In this document: positions 16,216 through 25,623 of the stretch, in pieces
Layout: each line of letters opens with the position of its first letter
Numbering within the stretch: the stretch's first letter is position 1
Assembly (NCBI GenBank): GCA_903851225.1
Contig: CAINNT010000082.1
Span: forward strand, 1 to 31,801
Source of the DNA: an uncultured Chloroflexota bacterium
Lineage (GTDB): Bacteria > Chloroflexota > Limnocylindria > Limnocylindrales > Limnocylindraceae
Direction: 5' to 3'
Length of the DNA: 31,801 nt
Position numbers and translations under genes: made by a program
The notes under the pieces: model-generated
Database searches by the model: none
What the model saw: the letters and a program-made list of their open reading frames with translations, nothing else
Told to the model about the DNA's origin: nothing

Positions 16216-19200
16216 CACACCAACCACGAGCGTCGCGCTGCTAACGAGTGTGGTCTCGGCTGGGCTTTCAAGTGTGACACCGAACTGGAACGGCCATGTC
16301 CATGTTGGGATGATTCCCTGATACCAATTGTGGATCCCCGTTGGGAGTGGCAGCGCCGACCAGTTTGGATACCAAACCAGTGCTACCACGGCGATACTGC
16401 TGATGGTGATGGCGAACATCCGCCGCACCTCTCTCGCTCCGAGGATTGACCAGGCGGCCACCGTCGCAGGAACAAGTGCGATCGCGCCAACGAGTGGACC
16501 CGGTGTGCCGAATCCACCTGACAGACACACTTGGCTCTCGGCATAAACGCTCGACACGCCTGCAAGTGCGCACAGCGCACCAGTCGCCATCCAGAGCACC
16601 GGCGCCGCTAGCACCGCGACTGCGCCACCGATGCGCAGGATCTGCGCCGCACGTTGCGATCCGGCGCGCAGATCAGCAAGCAAGAGTGCGAGTCCGATCA
16701 GGGCGATCTGTGAGGTTGGGTAGTAGTGATATTGGAATGCCGCGCGATCAATTCGCGCCCACGGTAGCCAGAGCGCAAGGCCAAGTACGAGCACCGATGC
16801 GAGACCCCAGCTGCGTCGTCGCCATGCTTCTGTAGCGAGCCAGATGGCGCCACCGATACTCAGAATGCGCGAGAGCACATTGCCACCGTCGTACACCGCA
16901 GCGGTCACCGCGCTGTTTTCTGCGGCAAAGCTCGACTGAAAGAACCAGACCGGCTTGAGGTCGAATGGCCACGCCCACCACGGAGAGCTCGCAGCATGCG
17001 CGACGCGCAACGTGTCGTGGTAGCGATACATTGAAGCGGTGAGGTCGGTCAGTGTCTGTCCGGTGTTGCCTGTTGGCCAGCCGGTGATCAACTGATTGCC
17101 CAGCGCCACCCAGGGTAGGTAGCTTGCGATGTAGACGCCGAGTGGTAGTGCAGCGAGGGCGAAGAACACGAGTGTTGCTTCGCCTGGTAGCGAAAGGAGG
17201 CCGAGTAGGGAGCGTGGCGTAGCCTCACGGCGCGAGATGCCGCCAGCGCGGTAGATCGCCGCGCCAGTCGCCGCAAGGAGCACCGTCAGTGCCGCGGCGA
17301 ATGGAAGATTCGGAGTACGGGTGGAACCTTCGGCAACGGTGAGTGCTTGTGGGAGAAGGACGGCGCCGAGAAGGGCGAGTCCGCCTACGACCAGCAGTCG
17401 CCCAGGCGCAGTTCGGGCCAACCAGATGATGCCCAAGCCGAAGATGCCGTAGAGGGCGACCCACTTGCTCGCGAGCGCTCCGCCAAGGAGTAGGCCGGCC
17501 GCGAGAAGCAGGAGCCCGCCAGAGATGGCGCCGCGGAAGCGCCCCTGTAGCCATGCGACAAAGGCGACCGTGCCTCCGAGGAGGAAGGTGAGGAGGTAGA
17601 CGTCATTCATGCCGATCCGGCTCTGCACGAAGCCAGCTCCGTCGAGCAGGGCGAGAACACCGACAAGTGCGGCCACGTCGCGTCGCTCGGTGAGGAGCCG
17701 CGCCAACAGCACCAAGAGAGCTGCGGCCACTGCGCCAGCAATCACCCCGGGCCAGCGCCAGCCAGCGGCCAGTTCGCCGACGCTTACCTGTGTCATGGCA
17801 CCAGACGGCGTGGCAAGAAGGAGCTCCCCATTACCACCGTCGGCACGCTCAGCGGAGGCGTCAAGGGCGGCGCCAGCCGCTCCAAGCACCAGTGTGTCGG
17901 CGTCCACGGCGACATCGGCGAACCGCGCGTTGCCGTTCGGCTCAATTGTCCACAACGATGCACCGGTGCCGTCTGGGCCGGGTGCCACTACGTGCACCAT
18001 GCGACTCGCGTCGCTCGGCACAATCGCCGACGCCCGTGGGATCGTGACCTGCGCCAGCAGCGTCGCGCTCTCGTTGTTGATGTTGTAGACACGCACGCCA
18101 TCGCGGCCCGCCACATACAGTCGCGGCCCGTCAAACCAATCGATCGCCGCGATCGTCGTGGCGCCACCGTCGATCGACGACATTCGTGGGCTGGACAAGT
18201 CGGTTGCGATGAAGCTGGTCATCCCAGTCGCGCTCGTCACAAAGATCCGTTCTTCGCCATCGACCGTACGTGCGACGACTGAGGTTCCACCTGTGAGTGG
18301 CGCGTTCGCCACCACTGCTCCGTTACGCAGGATGAGCACCTCATCGCGACGTACCAGCGCAACGCCGTTCTCGGCTAGCGGTGCTATTCCTGCTATCGGG
18401 CCGCCGGAAGCTGTCCAGGTTCTGAGCCCATCGCTTCCACCCAGATCCGCAGTGGCGCGATCGACTGCGAAGAACGTGCCGTTACTCGTTGCTCCCCAGA
18501 GCGACCCGTCCGCTGCTGCGACCAACGTTGACACAGCTCGAATTGGGATCGCGCCGAGAACCGTACGTGTCGCGGCATCGATGACGCTGATCTCCTCCGG
18601 ACCCGCCACCCACAACCTGCCCCGGCTTAGTGCGTCTTCTGGTCGGGCGGCGATTGCGCCAATCGTGGTTGGGTACGCTGTTCGCGCGTTGACTCTTGGC
18701 GCACCGATTGTCTCAAGTCCAAGCGCGATCAGGTACTTCGCAAGATGCGGGTGGGTGTATTCATAGATTGCATGTGGCTCGCCGTACTTCCAATCTTGCA
18801 TGAACTCAGCCGCCGTCCGTACGTGATACACCTCGTCAAAATGGAAGCGCGTCGGTTCACCTACGCGCCATCCTCGAAGCGACACGGCGCTGACCGCAAC
18901 AAGTATGAGAAGCCAGACGTCGATGCGCGTTATGGCTCGACGGGGTTCCGGCCTTGCGATCACGGTGCGCTTTGGCATCGCGTCGACGTGCTTCCGGAGC
19001 GGTTTCGCAGGCCGCGCGCCGCTGCTCGTTCTCTCGACTCTCCACGCGAGCCCGATCGCCGCAATGAGCGCGGCCGTGATCGCGACGGCCGTAGCGGTGA
19101 TTGCGATGGGTGTCTGTAGTGCGTCGGTGAGCGCGCCCAGATCTGGCAGTCCTGGGTTTTGAAAGTATGGAATGGTCAGCACACCCCAGCTGTTCGCAAA

Positions 19201-20310
19201 GAACCCAACGGAGGTTGTGACTGCGATCCAGCGCCAGGCTGGACGCGCTGCTGCAAGCGCGATCGTGAGCGGGATCGCTGGAAAGAGGTATCGCTCGTGC
19301 ACGCGTGTTGGCAGGACGAAGAAGGCGATCGCGAGGATGGCAACTGCGGTAACGGTGCGAATCGCCGTGTCTCGCCGCACGTAGCGCATCGCCACGAGCA
19401 CGGCGGTGGTGATCGCTGCGCTTCCGAGCGCCACGCCGGGAATACCGATCAGCGGTAACGGATCGATATCCGATGCCCACCCGGTGGCATCGACAACCGC
19501 GCGCCCACCCACCTCGATCAGTGCCCACGGGTTCCAAGCATTCACAGAAAGGTACGGGTAGCCACCTGCCGCCTCCGCCACCTTGGCGAGCACGTCAGGG
19601 AGCGTGAGTCCAAATGGAAGCGCTGCGACTGCGATGGTGGCGGCGCCAGCGAGACCGGTCACGACGAAGGCCCACGGGTCGCGCGCAGACCGTGCGCGCA
19701 CGAAGGCGAGCGCCGCGACGATCGGAATGAGGATGCCGAACTGGGGCTTCAGCACCGCGGCCAGCGCTGCGAGAATCGCACCGCTCACCGTATGGCCGCG
19801 GATCAACGCTGAAAGCGAGAAGAGAAGGGCAACGGTTCCGACGGAATCGACCTGCCCCCACACCGCCGAGTCAAGCCAGATCATTGGCCCAAACGCCATG
19901 GCGGCGGCGGCGATCAGCTGCCCGCGACGGGGAGCACCGAGGTCGCTGGCCAGGCGTGCAGTGCCGAGCACGAGCAGACCGTCGGCGAGGATTGCCGGAA
20001 GCTTGATCAGTGCACCAGGGTCTGTGCTGCCAGCGAAAAGTGCGCCGAGTGATCCGAGCGCCCACAGGATCCACAGGTAGCCAGGGAGGTAGTCGACGAA
20101 GATTCCACGTGCATAGAATCCCCACGGTCCGCGGGTTCCCAGTTCAGATGCCCATGATCGAAACGCGTTGAGATCCGCGGCGAATCCGGCATCTGGAGGG
20201 AGCGCGACGTATGCGATGATCGCTCGCAAGAGAATCCCGAGTGCAGCGATCGACACAAGTGTGCGAAGGCTGACCTGGTCGGTCGGTCGACGAGTCGTCT
20301 GAGAACTCAT
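16126..20310 (-). CDS. Large GT-C glycosyltransferase fusion: GT87/PIG-M-like domain + protein O-mannosyltransferase (GT39/PMT)-like domain with inserted beta-propeller
   Basis: Start reassigned to ATG 20310 (1394 aa). N-domain: DYLPGY, KLPAILAD, DSAVWGQVDS, KPQ, RVHERY. PMT domain: FDEVYH, HPHLAK, GWR, QSRIGMND, ASKW, HAASSPWWAWP, FQYHYYP. Confidence 0.85.
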   Translation of the reverse strand: MSSQTTRRPTDQVSLRTLVSIAALGILLRAIIAYVALPPDAGFAADLNAFRSWASELGTRGPWGFYARGIFVDYLPGYLWILWALGSLGALFAGSTDPGALIKLPAILADGLLVLGTARLASDLGAPRRGQLIAAAAMAFGPMIWLDSAVWGQVDSVGTVALLFSLSALIRGHTVSGAILAALAAVLKPQFGILIPIVAALAFVRARSARDPWAFVVTGLAGAATIAVAALPFGLTLPDVLAKVAEAAGGYPYLSVNAWNPWALIEVGGRAVVDATGWASDIDPLPLIGIPGVALGSAAITTAVLVAMRYVRRDTAIRTVTAVAILAIAFFVLPTRVHERYLFPAIPLTIALAAARPAWRWIAVTTSVGFFANSWGVLTIPYFQNPGLPDLGALTDALQTPIAITATAVAITAALIAAIGLAWRVERTSSGARPAKPLRKHVDAMPKRTVIARPEPRRAITRIDVWLLILVAVSAVSLRGWRVGEPTRFHFDEVYHVRTAAEFMQDWKYGEPHAIYEYTHPHLAKYLIALGLETIGAPRVNARTAYPTTIGAIAARPEDALSRGRLWVAGPEEISVIDAATRTVLGAIPIRAVSTLVAAADGSLWGATSNGTFFAVDRATADLGGSDGLRTWTASGGPIAGIAPLAENGVALVRRDEVLILRNGAVVANAPLTGGTSVVARTVDGEERIFVTSATGMTSFIATDLSSPRMSSIDGGATTIAAIDWFDGPRLYVAGRDGVRVYNINNESATLLAQVTIPRASAIVPSDASRMVHVVAPGPDGTGASLWTIEPNGNARFADVAVDADTLVLGAAGAALDASAERADGGNGELLLATPSGAMTQVSVGELAAGWRWPGVIAGAVAAALLVLLARLLTERRDVAALVGVLALLDGAGFVQSRIGMNDVYLLTFLLGGTVAFVAWLQGRFRGAISGGLLLLAAGLLLGGALASKWVALYGIFGLGIIWLARTAPGRLLVVGGLALLGAVLLPQALTVAEGSTRTPNLPFAAALTVLLAATGAAIYRAGGISRREATPRSLLGLLSLPGEATLVFFALAALPLGVYIASYLPWVALGNQLITGWPTGNTGQTLTDLTASMYRYHDTLRVAHAASSPWWAWPFDLKPVWFFQSSFAAENSAVTAAVYDGGNVLSRILSIGGAIWLATEAWRRRSWGLASVLVLGLALWLPWARIDRAAFQYHYYPTSQIALIGLALLLADLRAGSQRAAQILRIGGAVAVLAAPVLWMATGALCALAGVSSVYAESQVCLSGGFGTPGPLVGAIALVPATVAAWSILGAREVRRMFAITISSIAVVALVWYPNWSALPLPTGIHNWYQGIIPTWTWPFQFGVTLESPAETTLVSSATLVVGVLLLCAATAGAYGASRFSAAARREFDKDRA

Positions 20311-20316
20311 TTGCCG

Positions 20317-20322
20317 AGTGTA
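20317..20322 (-). promoter_or_regulatory. -10 hexamer TACACT, probable leaderless start of the GT-C/PMT gene
   Basis: 6 nt upstream of ATG 20310; no SD. Confidence 0.5.
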
Positions 20323-20335
20323 GCCGTGAAGGGGG

Positions 20336-21094
20336 TTGTGGAAGTTGCCGCTACAGGAGCTCTCGCTCTTCTTCCCGTGCCACAACGAGGCCGAGAACCT
20401 TGAGGCGCTTGTCGCCGATGCGCTTACCGCACTCCCTGCGCTTGCGATGACCTATGAGGTCATTCTCGTCGATGATGGCTCCCGTGATGACACTGCTGCT
20501 GTAGCAGAGCGCCTAGTACGGCAGCATGGCGACACAGTCCGATTGGTACGCCACGACGTGAACCGCGGATACGGCGGCGCGCTTCGCTCAGGATTTGCCG
20601 CCGCTCGATATCGTCACCTTGCGTACACCGACGGTGACCGACAGTTCCGCGTCGCCGACCTGGCTCGCCTTGTTGAGCGTGCGGAGGAGACGCAGTCACC
20701 CGTTGTTATCGGCTTTCGGTTGCAGCGCGCCGATCCACCGTTGCGGCTCGTTTACGCCACGATCTACCGCGCTGCCAATCGCCTCTGGTTTGGGCTTCGT
20801 GTTCGCGACGTCGACTGCGCGGCAAAGCTCTTCCAGCGCAGCGTGTTGCGCGGCATCAATGTGCATTCTGACGGCGCATTCTTCTCTGCGGAACTCCTGA
20901 TTCGTTTACAGCGTGCTGGTGTGAACATCGCCGAGGTTGGTGTGCCGCACTATCCGCGCACGGCTGGATCCCCAACGGGGGCGCGGCTCTCTGTCATCGC
21001 TCGCGCTGTTCGCGATTTTTGGTCGTTGCGCCTACGGTTGTGGCTGAACCGCTCTCAGGCTCTTGCGCGAGGTCGCGCGCTGCTCAACGACTAA
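20336..21094 (+). CDS. GT2 glycosyltransferase, polyprenol-phosphate hexose (mannose) synthase-like
   Basis: FPCHNE, VDDGSRD, NRGYGGAL, YTDGDRQF, DVDCAAKLF; TTG start uncertain (20336 or 20345). Confidence 0.85.
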   Translation: MWKLPLQELSLFFPCHNEAENLEALVADALTALPALAMTYEVILVDDGSRDDTAAVAERLVRQHGDTVRLVRHDVNRGYGGALRSGFAAARYRHLAYTDGDRQFRVADLARLVERAEETQSPVVIGFRLQRADPPLRLVYATIYRAANRLWFGLRVRDVDCAAKLFQRSVLRGINVHSDGAFFSAELLIRLQRAGVNIAEVGVPHYPRTAGSPTGARLSVIARAVRDFWSLRLRLWLNRSQALARGRALLND

Positions 21095-21579
21095 CGCGTC
21101 GGCGGCGGCTCTTCGGCTTCGAGGGAATTCACAAAATCGCGGAAGAGCGAAAGGCGTTCCTCTTCGGCTGCCTCCGGGACGATCCCTTCTGCTGAGAGAA
21201 GATCTGTCGCGATGAAGATTGGGGCGTCGGCACGCAGGGCCAGTGCCACGGCGTCACTTGGTCGCGCGTCAAGCTCCGCCTCTTCGCTGTTCGAGGCGAG
21301 CATCACCATGCGTGCACGAAATGTCTCGTCGCGAACCTCTGTAATGCGCACTTCACGTAGTGTTGCGCCAAGTGCACGAATGGCCCGAAGCGCGATGTCG
21401 TGCGTGAGCGGACGCTCTGGCGCGATTCCTTGAAGGTGATAGGCAATCGCGCTTGCTTCGTTGGGGCCAATTGGAATCGGAAGGTAGCGCGCCTCTTCAG
21501 CATCTCGCAAGAGCAGCACGTGCGTGCCAGAGGTCATCTGGATGCGCACCCCGTCGACAATCGCGCGTCGTAGTTCCAT
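21091..21579 (-). CDS. Bifunctional nuclease family protein (DUF151)
   Basis: LPIPIGPNEASAI, RPLTHD, DARPSDAVALAL are DUF151 signatures. Confidence 0.9.
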   Translation of the reverse strand: MELRRAIVDGVRIQMTSGTHVLLLRDAEEARYLPIPIGPNEASAIAYHLQGIAPERPLTHDIALRAIRALGATLREVRITEVRDETFRARMVMLASNSEEAELDARPSDAVALALRADAPIFIATDLLSAEGIVPEAAEEERLSLFRDFVNSLEAEEPPPTR

Positions 21580-21597
21580 CGCTTTATGATCGCATGC

Positions 21598-24084
21598 TTA
21601 CGGCGTAGGAACTGGTGTTTCGATCACTGGATCAGGTGTTGGGTTGACACTCGCGCCTGGTTCTTGCGTAACTGGCAACCCAAGAACGGCGCTGCGCACA
21701 CGTTCGGCCTCAGCCCAGACAAATGTTGGCGCGCCACCATCGGCGGCGGGAAGGATGTACCCGCCGACAATTTCGCCGAGCGGTCCCGATGGGTCGTTGA
21801 TGACGAACTGCGCAAGCATCGCGCCAGACGTTGCCTTGCTGTACGCGATGACGCGATATGCACTGCTGTCCCAGGCATATACGATCCCGGTGCGGCTCGC
21901 CCCAGCGGACATCACCAGGGTTGGTGTGAGGAGCGGGCGGAGGAGTTCGTCGCCGATCTCCGCTGGGGTCCAGTCGTCAGCGGCTCCGCCTGAGTAGCGG
22001 CGCAGCACACCGTCGATGGTCATGTACACGTCGCCGTCGATGGCGATGCTGGTCATTGCGCCAAGCGACATCGGGCTGATCAGGTAGGCCGTTGGCGTGG
22101 CGGGATACCCAGTGCCGTCGGGGGCCGGTTGATACCGCAGGATCTGACGAGCCGATGGGTCGACGACATAGAGGCGATAGAGCCCTGTCCCCGGGTCAGC
22201 CGCGAAGCCGACGATCGCCTTGACGTCGCTCCCCCACAGCTCGCCGTCGCGAACGCGAAGCTTTACGAGCGTTCCCTTGCCGGCTCCATCCGAGGGCCGC
22301 CAGCGCCAGAGATTCGAAGAGGCATCGAAGACCACAAGGTCGGGCCCCGAGGCGGATAGCAGCAGTGCGCGCCCCGTGCGCGTGCCGTAGAGATCAAACC
22401 CAGGCTGGTACACCACGGTGGCACGACCGCGCTCCGGGTCGATCCTGTACACCGCGCCCGTGATGTTGTCGATGACGTACGGAAGTCCATCAGGGCCCTG
22501 AACGATCGCTGTGATCTCGAACGTTGCCCCGGCCGCATCAAAGTCAAAGAGGTCAATCGGTGTGGTTTCACTAACGAGGAAGATCTTGTTGAGGGTCTCC
22601 GTTGCCTGGGTGCGTAGGGATGCGATTTGACTTGTTGAGCCGCCGCCACTCTCTGCAAGATTCAAGTTGGCGACAGCGGAGAGCAAGAGGGTCTTCACGC
22701 GTGAGGGGTCGTTGACGAGCAGGTTGGTTTGTGGATCAAGCGCTTCGTTGATGCTGATCTCGGCGTTTCGCAGCGCCTCCCGCACCTTCGCCGCCGCGTC
22801 AAGCTCAGAGGTTGATCCGTTCAAGACGAAGGCGGTTGCTCCGCCTACTCCGGCGACGAGCACCGCAGCGAGGAGCAGAGCAGCGGAACGGCGGCGGCGG
22901 CTTCGCTGCACTTCCTGTTCCGTCTGTTCCCCATCATCTGTAACGGCGCGAAGGGATGGTTTAGATGGTCTGATCGTGAGCCACGGCGCTCGACGTTCGA
23001 TCACATCGGCGATGCGCGCTGCAGCACGTTGCCACATAGATGCAGACGTAGCAGCGCGCTCACGCCACGAGCGTTCGATCTGTGGTTCCGCCGCGCTGCG
23101 ATGCTCCGCGCGAAGTCGGGCTTCGGCACGCGCGGCCTCTTGTGCCGCCCGCACCGCATCACTCGTACGCTGATCGCGCGCAGGCGGCGGCTGGCTCTTT
23201 CCGCTGGCGCGCGGCTGCACGCCGCTTCTGGTGCTCGGTCGTCGTGCTTCGATTACGGCTTGGGCGGCGGTGTCAATCGGCTCATACGGTTGCGTGCGAA
23301 CATCCGGTCGCGAAGGATCTGCTTTCGGCGCGACCGGCTTTGCGGCAGCGATACGCGCCTCGCGTTCGAGCCTCCCCTCCTCCCAGCGGGTACGTGCATT
23401 GATCTTTGCTACGGCGACCGGATCGATCGGCACGGCAATGAGCGTGTCGGGCTCTGGCGTAGCTCGCTTAGAAGTCGTTCGCCGAGGCGGTAACACCTCC
23501 AGAAGCGCCGCTGGATAGGTCAGCGGAGCAAACACCCCAGTCGCTGGCATGCGTGCACGCACGGTTCGTCTCGCATCGTCCGCGGTGATTGCAATCGCGA
23601 CTCGATCTTCTAGTGACATCGAGAGGCGGGCTGCTGAGATTCCACCGCGCTCGAGTGTGCGTGATGATGCGCCAGGCACTTCGTCGGGGAGCATGATGGT
23701 TGTTGCTCGACCTTCAACGGTGCGACGCGCGGCAATCGCGACGCCACCGGTTCGCGCAGCGAGCACTTCGCTGCGCGAGAGCGCAACGATTCCAATCGCC
23801 ACCTTCTGGCCGAGCATCTTTTGTGCGGCGGCGAGTGCGCGCCGCGCGCGCTCGGCGGGGCCAGCTGAAGCGTCGCGATCATACTGGTTCAAGGTTGCGG
23901 TGGCGGCGCGCTGAAGCTGATCCGTGGTCGCACTAGCAAGAGTGAGCAGTACGGCGCGCGTGCCTAGTACGCGCTCCTCAGATGGGCCTTTTGGGTTTCG
24001 CGCAAGCAGTAGCCAGCCTGGCCCGAACGCGGGTTCGGTCGCCGTTAGCACTGCCGGGTGAACGGTGAGTTCGGTGTGATCCAT
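21598..24084 (-). CDS. Hypothetical single-pass membrane protein with a C-terminal beta-propeller-like domain
   Basis: 828 aa; Pro/Ala/Arg linker, RRRR followed by one TM (~22820-22885), repeated YVID/VVFD/YVVD/YAWD strands, PTP tail; tight spacing to dciA (15 nt) and DUF151 (18 nt). Confidence 0.78.
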   Translation of the reverse strand: MDHTELTVHPAVLTATEPAFGPGWLLLARNPKGPSEERVLGTRAVLLTLASATTDQLQRAATATLNQYDRDASAGPAERARRALAAAQKMLGQKVAIGIVALSRSEVLAARTGGVAIAARRTVEGRATTIMLPDEVPGASSRTLERGGISAARLSMSLEDRVAIAITADDARRTVRARMPATGVFAPLTYPAALLEVLPPRRTTSKRATPEPDTLIAVPIDPVAVAKINARTRWEEGRLEREARIAAAKPVAPKADPSRPDVRTQPYEPIDTAAQAVIEARRPSTRSGVQPRASGKSQPPPARDQRTSDAVRAAQEAARAEARLRAEHRSAAEPQIERSWRERAATSASMWQRAAARIADVIERRAPWLTIRPSKPSLRAVTDDGEQTEQEVQRSRRRRSAALLLAAVLVAGVGGATAFVLNGSTSELDAAAKVREALRNAEISINEALDPQTNLLVNDPSRVKTLLLSAVANLNLAESGGGSTSQIASLRTQATETLNKIFLVSETTPIDLFDFDAAGATFEITAIVQGPDGLPYVIDNITGAVYRIDPERGRATVVYQPGFDLYGTRTGRALLLSASGPDLVVFDASSNLWRWRPSDGAGKGTLVKLRVRDGELWGSDVKAIVGFAADPGTGLYRLYVVDPSARQILRYQPAPDGTGYPATPTAYLISPMSLGAMTSIAIDGDVYMTIDGVLRRYSGGAADDWTPAEIGDELLRPLLTPTLVMSAGASRTGIVYAWDSSAYRVIAYSKATSGAMLAQFVINDPSGPLGEIVGGYILPAADGGAPTFVWAEAERVRSAVLGLPVTQEPGASVNPTPDPVIETPVPTP

Positions 24085-24090
24085 CTGCTG

Positions 24091-24096
24091 AGAATA
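24091..24096 (-). promoter_or_regulatory. -10 hexamer TATTCT, probable leaderless start of the 828-aa gene
   Basis: 6 nt upstream of ATG 24084; no SD. Confidence 0.45.
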
Positions 24097-24099
24097 CGC

Positions 24100-24441
24100 T
24101 CAGTCTCGTTCGCCGCCCGGGGCAGCAATCCGTACGGTCACGCCGATCGAGCGCTCGCCTCCTGGGCGCTCGCTGAATAGACGTGCAAGCTCGGCGCCGC
24201 GCAAATGCAGCTCTTGTGCAGCGACAGGATTGCGCGCCTCGACGATGAGCCGACTGCGTTCGATAGCAACGAGGTGGCTGACGGCGGCAAGGTGTGGGGC
24301 TACCTCGCGGAGCAGGTCGCCGAAGACGCCCATTGTCCGCGCGAATCGCAGCTCCTCCTCAAGTCCGAGAGCACGTGCCGCTTCGGGGAGCAGGCCGGCC
24401 AGGTCTGCCGGTCGACCTTTTCGAGTGCGCTTCGTGCTCAC
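24100..24441 (-). CDS. DciA / DUF721 family protein (helicase loader)
   Basis: 113 aa overlapping the recF stop; LIVEARNPVAAQELHL pattern; canonical position after recF. Confidence 0.8.
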   Translation of the reverse strand: MSTKRTRKGRPADLAGLLPEAARALGLEEELRFARTMGVFGDLLREVAPHLAAVSHLVAIERSRLIVEARNPVAAQELHLRGAELARLFSERPGGERSIGVTVRIAAPGGERD

Positions 24442-25592
24442 GCTGCCACCACGCTGCCGCGCGGTCCACGTTGGATTTCACGCGACGAGGCCTTTGCCAC
24501 AAGCCCTGGGGCTAGGTCTTCGAGCGCAGTTGCCGTGATGATGCTTTGCGGCAACGCCGCGATTCGCGCCACAAGATGTTCTCGTCGCTGGGGATCAAGC
24601 TCAGAGAATGCATCGTCGAGAAGCAGAACGGGTGGGTGGCCATATTCGTCGGTGAGTAGCGTGATCTCGGCAAAAAGGAGCGCAAGCAGAAGACTGCGCT
24701 GCTGCCCTCGCGACGCTGTCGGGGCAATGTCGCCGCCGCCGACATAAAAGGCGATGTCGTCGCGGTGTGGCCCAACCAGCGTGTAGCCCTGGTATCCCTC
24801 GGCCTCTGCAGTTTGGTCAAACGATTGCGCAAGTCGGGCGGCGCATTCGCTTGCGGCTTCGTCCGGACGATACTCCTCGCGCGACAGATAACGTGTTTCA
24901 AGGGAGGCTTCGTTCGGCGCCACCTCTTCGTGTGTTGCCGAAAGCACTGGGGCGAGTGCGCTCAGGAGAGCGAGGCGGCCAGCCACCACCTCAGACCCGG
25001 TGGTGATCAGCATCTCGGTCCATGGGCGCATCTCACTAGCGATGCCACGGCGCGCGGCGCCGTCCACCTCGAGCGCGTCCTTCAACAGACGATTTCGCTG
25101 ACGAAGCGCTCGCTCGTAGCGCGTCAAGGTTGCCTCATACCCGCGCTGCCACTGTGATGCGACGCGGTCAAGTAGTCCGCGGCGGATGGATGGGGCGCCG
25201 ACGACAAGGCCGGTCTCCTCTGGAACAAACGCTGTGACGCGCAGTCGCTGCCCGAGCGCCGCGGTGGTGCGCGGCGTCCCATTCACGAGATGTCTCGCCC
25301 GCCCGGTGCGCGAGATCTCCACGCCGAGTGTTGAGCGCGCGAGGGTGTCGTCTGGATCTGCGCCGTCTTCTCGCACCGTCACTGTGATCGACGCCTGGCC
25401 TTCGTTGCCAGCGATCACTTCACGAAGCGCTCCTGCGCGGTGTGAGCGACCAGTTGCCGCAATGATGCATGCCTCGAGGATGGTCGTCTTGCCTGCGCCG
25501 TTCTCCCCCCAGAAGATGTGTGTCCCCGGCGCAAGCGCGATGGTGGCGTCTGACCAGCTGCGCATCTGGTGTAGCCGAACGCTCTCAATCAT
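24438..25592 (-). CDS. recF: DNA replication/repair protein RecF
   Basis: Walker A GENGAGKTT, GPHRDDI, ASRGQQRS, LLLDDAFSELD. Confidence 0.96.
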   Translation of the reverse strand: MIESVRLHQMRSWSDATIALAPGTHIFWGENGAGKTTILEACIIAATGRSHRAGALREVIAGNEGQASITVTVREDGADPDDTLARSTLGVEISRTGRARHLVNGTPRTTAALGQRLRVTAFVPEETGLVVGAPSIRRGLLDRVASQWQRGYEATLTRYERALRQRNRLLKDALEVDGAARRGIASEMRPWTEMLITTGSEVVAGRLALLSALAPVLSATHEEVAPNEASLETRYLSREEYRPDEAASECAARLAQSFDQTAEAEGYQGYTLVGPHRDDIAFYVGGGDIAPTASRGQQRSLLLALLFAEITLLTDEYGHPPVLLLDDAFSELDPQRREHLVARIAALPQSIITATALEDLAPGLVAKASSREIQRGPRGSVVAA

Positions 25593-25623
25593 TGCTGCGC
25601 CGCCCGTGTACGAGCGGTGGGGG

